A DNA stretch of 64,000 nucleotides from a virus. The first letter of the stretch is position 1. Each line of letters opens with the position of its first letter. The position numbers were made by a program, and so were the translations under genes. The stretch covers positions 1-64,000 of the IMG/VR virus record IMGVR_UViG_3300020478_000003. The stretch is one strand, 5' to 3'. Shown one piece after another: positions 56,131-64,000 of this stretch. The notes under the pieces are model-generated. The model had not been told where the DNA came from and made no database searches. It worked only from the letters and a program-made list of their open reading frames with translations.

Positions 56131-57843
56131 ATGGGATTTCAATTAAGCCCAGGCGTACAAACGAAAGAAATTGATCTTAGTACGTCTATTCCCGCGGTTG
56201 CTACTTCCTTAGGAGGTACAGTCGGTCGTTTTACTTGGGGACCTGCATTTGAGCCTTATCTATGCACCTCAGAAGCCGACCTGCTTGCTGTCTTCGGAAA
56301 ACCAACCAACGACACATTTCCAGCGTTTCTTTCTTCTGCCGCGTTCTTGAAGTACACAAACAGTCTTCAAGTAGTAAGAGTTGTTGATTCGGGAGCGATG
56401 AATGCCGCGCCTTCTGGAAACGTAACTCAAATAACCGGTGAAGAAGATTTTGAAACACAACTGGACTCCGGTACTTTGACTGAAGGCTTTTATGCTCGAT
56501 ATCCTGGTACATACGGAAATGGCATTAGTGTACATACACACGATGGTTCCGCATCTTGGAGCTCCTGGCAGTATGCCGGTGCATTTGATGTGCAACCAGA
56601 TACTGGAAACAACGAAATGGCAGTTGTCGTTGTCGTTGATTCAGAAGTTGTAGAAAGTTATCTTGTAGGTTTAGCACAGGGCGACAAAAATAGCGATGGT
56701 GGAAACATCTGGGGTATGGATGTTATTAATCCTCAGTCCAAATTGATTTGGATTGTAACCGCAAACGTTACAAATTCAGGAGCCGGAAGTCACACTTTTA
56801 GTGGTGGATTAGCAGTATCGGCTCAAGTCGATGCACATTGCGATGACGGATCAAACGATGATCAATCAACTTGCGAAGGTAACGGCAATACTTGGGTCCC
56901 ACAAGTGGATGCAGGTACTGTTGGAGCAAATGAGTATATGCAAGGTTGGGATAAACTAGCAAATGCTGATGAAGTTAATATTTCACTAGCAATTGCAGGT
57001 GGACTTTCTAACGAGAATTCTGCTCAAGTTGCAACCGTTTCTAAGTACATCATTGAGACAGTAGCAGAAGGTCGTAAAGACTGTATGGCTATTGTATCAC
57101 CTCCAAAAGAAGAAGTTGTTAATGTTGGTGGAGCCACTAACGCAGTTAACAATGTAATTGCTTGGAGAACGGATGTTGCATTTAATAGTGCTTCATCTTA
57201 CGGTACTCTTGATGGAAACTACAAATACGTTTATGATGTCTACAATGACACATACCGCTGGATTGGATTCAGTGGAGATGTTGCAGGATTAATGGCTCAT
57301 ACTGATTCGGTAAGAGATGCTTGGTGGAGTCCAGGTGGTCTTAATCGTGGTCAGATTAAAGGAGTTGTAAAACTTGCTTATCAACCGACTCTAGCACATA
57401 GAGATCAATTGTATATGCTTCCTAACGGAATCAATCCGATTGTAACTTTCCCAGGTCAAGGCACAGTCCTCTGGGGAGATAGAACTCTGCTAGTTAAACC
57501 TAGTGCTTTCGATAGAATCAATGTTCGCAGATTGTTCATAATTCTAGAAAAAGCAATAGCAATATCCGCAAAATACTTCTTGTTTGAATTCAATAACGAA
57601 TTCACTCGTAAGAATTTCTTGAATATGGTTAACCCATATCTCGCAGGAATTAAAGCGAGACAAGGAATGTATGATTTTTATGTTCAATGCGACGGAGATA
57701 ATAACACACCTGAAGTCATTGATGCAAATCAGTTCGTTGCGAGTATTTTTCTTAAACCTTCCAAATCAATCAACTTTATCACGCTTAACTTTGTTGCGAC
57801 AAAGACTGGCGTTGATTTTGCTGAAGTGATTGGACAAGTATAG
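56131..57843 (+). CDS. gp18: Tail sheath protein gp18
   Basis: SPGV..KEIDL, G.F.WGP, FL.Y...L.VVRV, W.SPGG.NRG, GINPI..FPG.G..LWGD.T and SAFDRINVRRLF. Confidence 0.97.
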   Translation: MGFQLSPGVQTKEIDLSTSIPAVATSLGGTVGRFTWGPAFEPYLCTSEADLLAVFGKPTNDTFPAFLSSAAFLKYTNSLQVVRVVDSGAMNAAPSGNVTQITGEEDFETQLDSGTLTEGFYARYPGTYGNGISVHTHDGSASWSSWQYAGAFDVQPDTGNNEMAVVVVVDSEVVESYLVGLAQGDKNSDGGNIWGMDVINPQSKLIWIVTANVTNSGAGSHTFSGGLAVSAQVDAHCDDGSNDDQSTCEGNGNTWVPQVDAGTVGANEYMQGWDKLANADEVNISLAIAGGLSNENSAQVATVSKYIIETVAEGRKDCMAIVSPPKEEVVNVGGATNAVNNVIAWRTDVAFNSASSYGTLDGNYKYVYDVYNDTYRWIGFSGDVAGLMAHTDSVRDAWWSPGGLNRGQIKGVVKLAYQPTLAHRDQLYMLPNGINPIVTFPGQGTVLWGDRTLLVKPSAFDRINVRRLFIILEKAIAISAKYFLFEFNNEFTRKNFLNMVNPYLAGIKARQGMYDFYVQCDGDNNTPEVIDANQFVASIFLKPSKSINFITLNFVATKTGVDFAEVIGQV

Positions 57844-57851
57844 GAGGAAAA

Positions 57852-58370
57852 ATGAACGTTGCAGATTTTGGAAAACAATATTCGGGTGACTACGCACGTC
57901 CTAATTTATTTAAGGTAAATATTGCCCAAATAGATTCAGAAATGTGGATTAAAACTGCTTCACTTCCAGCAACTACTGTTGGAGTAGTAGAAGTTCCTTA
58001 CCAGAACCGCAAATTAAAGGTTCCTGGTGACAGAACATTCGCAGATTGGACAGCCACAGTAATTAACGATGAATCATATGTCGTTAGGAGTGCATTGTTA
58101 TCTTGGCAAGAAGCCATAACCGGATTCACCAGTATGGCATCTACAATGGGAGTTTCGACTGCCCATAGAAAGATAGAAATTCAACCTCTCAAACGAGATG
58201 GTTCCAATGATACACATATAGTAAATGTGTATGGCTGGCCGTCTGAGATAGGTGCGATTGATCTTTCTTGGGAGACTGTTGATGCTGTCCAGGAATATAC
58301 TGTTACATTTACAGTATCTTGGGATGACGGTGGTGTTGACTCGGAAAAAGTAGACGTTTTAGCGGCATAA
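57852..58370 (+). CDS. gp19: Tail tube protein gp19
   Basis: ARPNLF.V, K.ASLPA...G..EVP...R.LK..GDRTF.DW..TV.ND, P..IG.I.LSW and EY.VTF. Confidence 0.95.
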   Translation: MNVADFGKQYSGDYARPNLFKVNIAQIDSEMWIKTASLPATTVGVVEVPYQNRKLKVPGDRTFADWTATVINDESYVVRSALLSWQEAITGFTSMASTMGVSTAHRKIEIQPLKRDGSNDTHIVNVYGWPSEIGAIDLSWETVDAVQEYTVTFTVSWDDGGVDSEKVDVLAA

Positions 58371-58431
58371 TACGCTTAAAACAATTTTCCGAACATACGG
58401 TCTTGGTAATAAAAATTTGTTATTTGAGTCG

Positions 58432-58439
58432 TATAAATA
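58432..58439 (+). promoter_or_regulatory. T4-type late promoter
   Basis: TATAAATA upstream of gp20. Confidence 0.75.
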
Positions 58440-58475
58440 TAGTAATACTTACTTAAATTAACAAACAATGGTGAT

Positions 58476-59999
58476 ATGGAACTATTTGGTTATAAGATAG
58501 AGAAGAAAATCGGCTCATCTGTGGTAGATAAAGGATCAAAATCTTTTGTCGCACCAAACCTAGACGATGGTTCCACAGTTATTGACGGAGGAGGAGTACA
58601 CGCCTTCTCCGTTAATTTCGATACCGCATTTAAAACACAGCAAGAATTAATTGCTAAATATCGGGCTTGTGCGAGAAATCCAGAAGCTGAATCGGCAATT
58701 GATGACATAGTTAATGAAGCTGTGGTTCTGGATCCTTATAAGGACCCAGTTACAATCTATCTTGATAAACTGGACACAGTTGATGTGCCTAAGAATATCA
58801 AAGATATGATTGCAACCGAATTTGATGTTATTTCCAAGAAATTGGAGTTTAATAAGTCTGGACCAGAAATATTCAGACGGTGGTATGAAGATGGAGCAAT
58901 CCATTATCATATAATCTTTGATAACGATAATGTCAAAAAAGGTATTAAGGAGTTAAGATACATTGATTCCACTAATATCAAAAAGATCAAAGAAGTTATC
59001 AAAGAAAAAGACAAAGATGGAATTGAGGTAGTTAAAGGAGTTGATGAGTATTGGATCTACACTAAAGAAAGTAGAGGAATAACTCAGACACTAAAAGTTG
59101 CCCTAGAAGCGGTCGCCTATTGCGACTCTGGTCTTTATGACAAAGATAAGGAAGTTACTCTTTCTTACCTTCACAAGGCAATGAAGCCGATTAACCAATT
59201 GAGAATGTTAGAAGACTCAATGGTTATTTATCGGATTACTAGAGCACCAGAAAGAAGGGTGTTCTACATTGATGTTGGTAATTTACCAAAAACAAAAGCG
59301 GAACAGTACCTCCGTAACATTATGAACAAGTTTAAGAATAAGATGGTTTATGATGCGAGTAGTGGTACTGTAGCTGATGGTAAAGATACAATGTCAATGA
59401 TGGAAGATTTTTGGCTACCTAGAAAAGAGGGTGGTCGAGGAACTGAAGTCGAAACATTACCAGGAGGACAAAATCTTGGTGATATGGATGATGTAGCTTA
59501 TTTTCAGAAAAAGGTATATCAATCACTTCACGTTCCGTCAAGTCGGATGGAAACTGAACAATCTTGGAGTTTCTCTAGAACAGGTGAAATAACAAGAGAT
59601 GAAATAAAGTTTCAGAAATATGTAACAAAGTTACGTAAACGTTTCTCCGATTTACTGTATTCATTATTAAGGACTCAGCTTTTAGCGAAAGGTATTATCG
59701 ATAAAGGCGAGTGGAATGTCTATCAAGAGAATATTAATTTCATATTTCAAGATGATGGATATTTCTCAGAATTGAAAAAATTAGAGATAATGACCTCGAG
59801 GATTGAAATGCTTGATACTATATCAAGTGGAGAAATGATAGGTCGTTATTATTCAATTGAATGGGTTCGAAAAAATATTTTAATGCAATCTGAAGAAGAT
59901 ATGGATGTATTAGATAAACAAATGGAAGCAGAGAAAAAAGAAAAACAAGCTAAAAACACCGGCGGCGACGGCGATGACAAAGCACCCGATCTATATTAG
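58476..59999 (+). CDS. gp20: Portal protein gp20
   Basis: SYLHKA.KP.NQLRM.ED..VIYRI.RAPERRVFYIDVGNLPK.KAEQYL and EDFWLPR.EGGRGTE..TLPGGQNLG. Confidence 0.98.
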   Translation: MELFGYKIEKKIGSSVVDKGSKSFVAPNLDDGSTVIDGGGVHAFSVNFDTAFKTQQELIAKYRACARNPEAESAIDDIVNEAVVLDPYKDPVTIYLDKLDTVDVPKNIKDMIATEFDVISKKLEFNKSGPEIFRRWYEDGAIHYHIIFDNDNVKKGIKELRYIDSTNIKKIKEVIKEKDKDGIEVVKGVDEYWIYTKESRGITQTLKVALEAVAYCDSGLYDKDKEVTLSYLHKAMKPINQLRMLEDSMVIYRITRAPERRVFYIDVGNLPKTKAEQYLRNIMNKFKNKMVYDASSGTVADGKDTMSMMEDFWLPRKEGGRGTEVETLPGGQNLGDMDDVAYFQKKVYQSLHVPSSRMETEQSWSFSRTGEITRDEIKFQKYVTKLRKRFSDLLYSLLRTQLLAKGIIDKGEWNVYQENINFIFQDDGYFSELKKLEIMTSRIEMLDTISSGEMIGRYYSIEWVRKNILMQSEEDMDVLDKQMEAEKKEKQAKNTGGDGDDKAPDLY

Positions 60000-60011
60000 G
60001 AGATAAATATT

Positions 60012-60614
60012 ATGCCTACTGAGAATTTAGAAAAACTTGTGCAAGCCGCACGAGATAAAAAACCCACCGCATTTAAACAACATTTACACGCTGAAATTGG
60101 AACTAGAGCAGAAAAAGGTATCGCAGAAATAAGAGCCGATCTTGCTAAAAATATGTTCGTAAGCAAACCAGAAGAAATTCAGGAACATCATTGTAATGAA
60201 GAAGGCGAAGAAGGAGTAGAACATACACACGATGATGGAACTACTCACACTCACGAAGGTGGTGATAAACCTCATACTCACGATGAAGAAGTAGAAGAAG
60301 GTAAACTACCACCCGCACTCCAAAAAGCTATAGATGCAAAGAAGAAAAATAACTCAAAATCTGATGATGTTGACAAAACTCCTGCTAAAGAATCATACGA
60401 TGATGAAGAAGATGAGGACGAAGATCCTGTAGGAGAAGACACGGATAAGAGTGAGCCTGGGACACAAGGTGATGATAAAGAATATGCAAAGAAACGTGAT
60501 GCTGTTCTAAAGAAGTTTGGTGTAACCAGTTGTGCTATGATTAAAGATGAAGCGGAAAAGAAAGCCTGTTTTAAAGCACTAGATGATGCTCACGTTGCAG
60601 ATCACGAGGAGTAA
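60012..60614 (+). CDS. gp67: Prohead core protein (gp67-like), acidic with a His-rich insert
   Basis: Position after gp20; helical N-terminus ending A..MF, an acidic tract, EG.LPPALQKAI, and EHTHDDGTTHTHEGG. Confidence 0.6.
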   Translation: MPTENLEKLVQAARDKKPTAFKQHLHAEIGTRAEKGIAEIRADLAKNMFVSKPEEIQEHHCNEEGEEGVEHTHDDGTTHTHEGGDKPHTHDEEVEEGKLPPALQKAIDAKKKNNSKSDDVDKTPAKESYDDEEDEDEDPVGEDTDKSEPGTQGDDKEYAKKRDAVLKKFGVTSCAMIKDEAEKKACFKALDDAHVADHEE

Positions 60615-60616
60615 AA

Positions 60617-61192
60617 ATGAGTCTGATTAAATTCGGAGATTATCTAGACGAACTATTAAATGCTCCTATTATTGAAACATTAGGAGAAGATGAAGTAATT
60701 GTCGAGTGGGCAGAAGAAGATTGGAATAAATTTACTGTTGCCGAAAAACTTGAACTGGAGACTGAAGCTAATGGTTGGTCAATGTGGCAAATTGGATCTA
60801 TTGAAGATCCAGGCAAATCGGGGATGTACATTGTTGCAGAAGATGAGCATATCTGGGAATATATTCATCAATTAGAAGAAGCAACCTGTGATGCGTGTGG
60901 AGAAGATCCGTGTATATGTAATAAAACTGAAGCAGATATAAATGCGGAAGAATGGCTTAAGGAATACAAAGCTAGAACTACTCAACAACGCAGACAAACG
61001 CAGAAAAATAAAGATCGGTTAAAATTTCAAAATCGTAGTCAGAAATTAAAAGATAAAATTGAGCGTAAAAAAGGCGGCAATAAAGTCAAACGTATGAAAT
61101 TAAGAAAAAAGTGGTTGAAAGTTAACCGTGCTAAAATCGCTAATGCTCAAAAAGTATATGGCGGGAAAGTCAAATCGAAATATACAAAATAG
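60617..61192 (+). CDS. gp68: Prohead core protein (gp68-like)
   Basis: Position before gp21; acidic N-half and highly basic C-half. Confidence 0.55.
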   Translation: MSLIKFGDYLDELLNAPIIETLGEDEVIVEWAEEDWNKFTVAEKLELETEANGWSMWQIGSIEDPGKSGMYIVAEDEHIWEYIHQLEEATCDACGEDPCICNKTEADINAEEWLKEYKARTTQQRRQTQKNKDRLKFQNRSQKLKDKIERKKGGNKVKRMKLRKKWLKVNRAKIANAQKVYGGKVKSKYTK

Positions 61193-61199
61193 GAGTTAA

Positions 61200-61841
61200 A
61201 TGAGATTAATATCGGAAATTACCGAAAATGTAGAGTATATTCAAGAAGCTAACGGAAAGGATCTCTATATAGAGGGTGTTTTCTTGCAGGCGGACGTAAA
61301 AAATCGCAATGGCAGAATGTATCCTAGCAAAGTTATGGAGAAAGAAGTCAAGCGATATACAAAAGAATATATTGATAAGAAACGAGCGTTTGGTGAACTA
61401 GGACATCCTGAGGGACCAACTGTCAATTTAGATAGAGTTTCGCATATGATTACTGAATTGACTCAAGATGGAACAAATTGGAGAGGAAAAGCTAAAGTAA
61501 CTGATACTCCACACGGAAATATCGTTAAAAGCCTTATCAAAGAGGGAGCCCAACTTGGAGTCTCTTCTCGTGGTATGGGTTCGCTTAAAGCGAATAAAAA
61601 AGGATATCAAGAAGTGCAAGATGATTTCTATCTTGCTACAGCCGCGGATATTGTCGCGGACCCATCTGCTCCTGATGCTTTCGTAAATGGTGTTATGGAA
61701 GGAAAAGAGTGGGTATGGGATAATGGAGCAATCAAAGAAAAAGAGATTGCAAAGTATAATAAAATAATCAAAAAGACGCCGAAAAATCGATTAACATCGA
61801 TTGAAGCAACAATTTTTGAAGATTTTATGAATAAGTTGTAG
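61200..61841 (+). CDS. gp21: Prohead protease gp21
   Basis: IEG.FLQ...KNRNGR.YP, A.GELGHP.GPT.NLDRVSH, GVSSRG.GS and D.VADPSAPDAFV. Confidence 0.98.
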   Translation: MRLISEITENVEYIQEANGKDLYIEGVFLQADVKNRNGRMYPSKVMEKEVKRYTKEYIDKKRAFGELGHPEGPTVNLDRVSHMITELTQDGTNWRGKAKVTDTPHGNIVKSLIKEGAQLGVSSRGMGSLKANKKGYQEVQDDFYLATAADIVADPSAPDAFVNGVMEGKEWVWDNGAIKEKEIAKYNKIIKKTPKNRLTSIEATIFEDFMNKL

Positions 61842-61881
61842 TAAAATGGAGACATATTGCTACGGTTAAACTAATTAGTTT

Positions 61882-61889
61882 TATAAATA
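61882..61889 (+). promoter_or_regulatory. T4-type late promoter
   Basis: TATAAATA upstream of gp22/gp23. Confidence 0.75.
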
Positions 61890-61949
61890 TAGTTACATAA
61901 TCGATTAGAACTAATTTATAGATTAATCAATAGGATTAGGAGAACCCTG

Positions 61950-63077
61950 ATGAAGTTAAAAACAGAAACTGGCGAAATGTTGGTTTTGGACGAAGAAACC
62001 CAAGTCTGGAAAGGCGAGGAAGAAGAGTCCACAACTTCTATTACGGTGTCAGAGGCTGATGAACTTTTAGAGAAGGGTGACCTGGAAATGGTTGCTGACT
62101 CATCTGAAATTGAAACTGCCGAAGAATCTCTTGAAGAAGCCGGAGAACCCAAAGGTAAACCGCTAAAGAAGAAAAAAATAGCGGTAGCTGGTTCAGGCGA
62201 AGTCGAAGTCCACGAAGATGATGACGAGGACGAAGATGACGAAGCTGATGGGGACGAGGCGGACGAAGATGACGATGACGAAGTAGAAGAAACCAAAGCA
62301 AAATCTGCCAAAAAAGAAGAAGTGGAATTGGAAGTTGATGTTGATGTTGAAGACGATGTTAAGGCATTGTTTGATGGTCAAGATTTGACAGAAGATTTTA
62401 AGGCACGAACAAAACTCGTTTTTGAGACTGCGGTTAAAGCTAAGGTTAAGGAGAATATTGCATCTCTTGAAGAAAAGATGCAAGAACAACTTGCCGAACA
62501 GACAGCCGCACAACTTGCCGATATTACAGAGAAATTAGATGGTTATCTAGACTATATGATTTCCGAGTGGATCGAAGATAATAGCAAGGCTATCGAACAC
62601 GAGCAGAAAAACGAAATTCTAGAAGGTTTCGTTAGTGGAATGCAGAAGTTGTTTGCTGACCATTACATTGAAGTTCCAGATGAACGATACAATGTAGTTG
62701 ATGAGCAAGCTAAAGAGATTGAAACTCTTAAAGAACAACTGGACGCTGAAATGAATAAAAACGTTGAAGCAAAAGGTAAACTTGCTGAAGCATCCGCTGA
62801 AAAGATTTTCAGAGAAGTAACAGAAGATTTGACTGAAACACAAAAAGCTAAGATGAAAAGTCTCGCAGATGGTGTGGAATTTGAAGATGCTGAGACCTTT
62901 GCTGAAAAACTCAACACTCTGAAGAAAACTTATTTTCCTTCAGAGGCAGAGAAAGAAGAAGTTGTTGCAGAAGAGGGTGCTAATGGTACTTCCTCGGAGG
63001 TAGTGATGTCTGATGCAATGAAAAAGGTTATGGCTTCACTTTCACAAACACGGGAAACAAGCATCTTAGGTGCTTAA
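61950..63077 (+). CDS. gp22: Prohead scaffolding protein gp22
   Basis: DV.ALF.G..L.EDFK.....VFE.AV, D.YL.Y...EW, F..G...LF..HYIEVP, L.ETQ..K..SL..G.EF and KL..LK..YF. Confidence 0.95.
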   Translation: MKLKTETGEMLVLDEETQVWKGEEEESTTSITVSEADELLEKGDLEMVADSSEIETAEESLEEAGEPKGKPLKKKKIAVAGSGEVEVHEDDDEDEDDEADGDEADEDDDDEVEETKAKSAKKEEVELEVDVDVEDDVKALFDGQDLTEDFKARTKLVFETAVKAKVKENIASLEEKMQEQLAEQTAAQLADITEKLDGYLDYMISEWIEDNSKAIEHEQKNEILEGFVSGMQKLFADHYIEVPDERYNVVDEQAKEIETLKEQLDAEMNKNVEAKGKLAEASAEKIFREVTEDLTETQKAKMKSLADGVEFEDAETFAEKLNTLKKTYFPSEAEKEEVVAEEGANGTSSEVVMSDAMKKVMASLSQTRETSILGA

Positions 63078-63110
63078 CATCATTTATCAAACTACTAGGA
63101 GAAACTGAAA

Positions 63111-64000
63111 ATGTTTTTATCAGAAGAAATTAAAGATAAGTGGCAGCCAGTTATGGAGCACGAAGATCTCCCAAAGATCGATGATGCTACCAAACGTGCG
63201 ATAACACTTCGTCTTTTAGAAAATCAAGAAAAGGCTTTGCAAGAAGCCAACGTTACAGGTGCTAACGTAGACAATTGGGATCCAATTCTCATTTCGTTGG
63301 TACGTAGAACTATGCCTCAGTTAATGGCGTATGATACTATTGGAGTCCAGCCTATGTCCGGACCTACTGGTCTCATTTTCGCTATGAAATCACACTATAC
63401 TGGCGAAGCCAGCACAGGTGCTGAAGCATTAACAACTGCCGCTGGTCAACCCGATGTCGATTTCTCAGGGAATGACGGTGCAACTCCAGCCACTACTACT
63501 TACACTACGTCCGACGGCGAAGCGTTAGGTGGATTTGTTTCAGGTGGAGGAGACTTCAAAGAAATGTCTTTCTCAATCGAGAAGTCGAGCGTTACAGCCG
63601 CTACTCGTGCGTTGAAAGCTAAGTATTCTTTGGAACTTGCTCAAGACCTTAAGGCTATCCATGGATTGGATGCTGAGTCAGAATTAAGCAACATTTTGTC
63701 TGCTGAAATTCTTGCTGAGATCAATCGTGAAGTTATCGAGAAAATTCTTTCTCAAGCGACTGCAGGAGCAGCCGCTGGAACAACTACTGCCGGAACATTT
63801 GACGTTGCAGATTCCACTGATAACAGAGGAGCACGTTGGGGTGGTGAGCGTTACAAGTCACTATTGATTCAAATCAACCGTGAAGCTAACTTAATTGCTA
63901 AGAATACCGGCCGTGGTGCTGGTAACTGGTTGCTTGTAAGTCCAGATGTTGCATCTGCACTTGATATGGTTGCCGGATTAGCAGTTCCTAATATGGATGT
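63111..64000 (+). CDS. gp23: Major capsid protein gp23 (partial, runs off the window)
   Basis: MFLSEEIKDKWQPVMEH...LLENQ...DPILISLVRR.MP.LMAYD..GVQPMSGPTGLIFAM, and EMSFSIEK..V.A..RALKA.YSLELAQDLKAIHGLDAE; AGGAG RBS. Confidence 0.97.
   Translation, partial: MFLSEEIKDKWQPVMEHEDLPKIDDATKRAITLRLLENQEKALQEANVTGANVDNWDPILISLVRRTMPQLMAYDTIGVQPMSGPTGLIFAMKSHYTGEASTGAEALTTAAGQPDVDFSGNDGATPATTTYTTSDGEALGGFVSGGGDFKEMSFSIEKSSVTAATRALKAKYSLELAQDLKAIHGLDAESELSNILSAEILAEINREVIEKILSQATAGAAAGTTTAGTFDVADSTDNRGARWGGERYKSLLIQINREANLIAKNTGRGAGNWLLVSPDVASALDMVAGLAVPNMD

Noticed and set aside
61916-62917. Ser-rich and Phe-rich minus-strand ORFs
   Set aside because: They are reverse-complement artefacts of the acidic gp22 sequence.
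1-64000. Alternative genetic code, introns, inteins, homing endonucleases, tRNAs
   Set aside because: Core genes (gp17, gp18, gp20, gp21) are intact and of normal length in the standard code, and all three stop codons are used. Intergenic gaps are short, and I saw no tRNA or intron signature.

Overview
This 64 kb window is the virion-morphogenesis region of a large T4-like (Kyanoviridae/pelagiphage-style) myophage, and it is almost entirely coding. A minus-strand block comes first: a partial tape-measure/hub-like gene, gp51, gp26, gp54-like, gp2 and gp4. It diverges from a back-to-back pair of TATAAATA late promoters into the plus-strand baseplate operon: gp48, gp53, gp27-like hub, a lysozyme-less gp5, an unknown 809-aa protein, PAAR gp5.4, gp25, gp6, a 2448-aa gp7 and gp8. 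Next are three giant virion/fibre proteins (1812, 2802 and 1197 aa) and two Cys/Gly-rich adhesin plus chaperone pairs. A sigma70-driven cassette follows, with a GT9-like glycosyltransferase, two NodU/CmcH carbamoyltransferases, an HldD-like epimerase and a 2OG-Fe(II) oxygenase. The window ends with the neck/terminase/tail/head genes gp13-gp23. The most unusual feature is how the structural proteins are decorated with putative metal/redox modules: a glucose/sorbosone-dehydrogenase-type beta-propeller inside gp7, cupredoxin domains, more than 10 HxH modules, and a recurrent two-Cys mini-domain that appears even in the tail sheath. Also notable are a candidate -1 frameshift joining gp26 to gp51 and apparent strong avoidance of CATG and GCWGC. 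All calls come from motif recognition by eye; no database searches were run.
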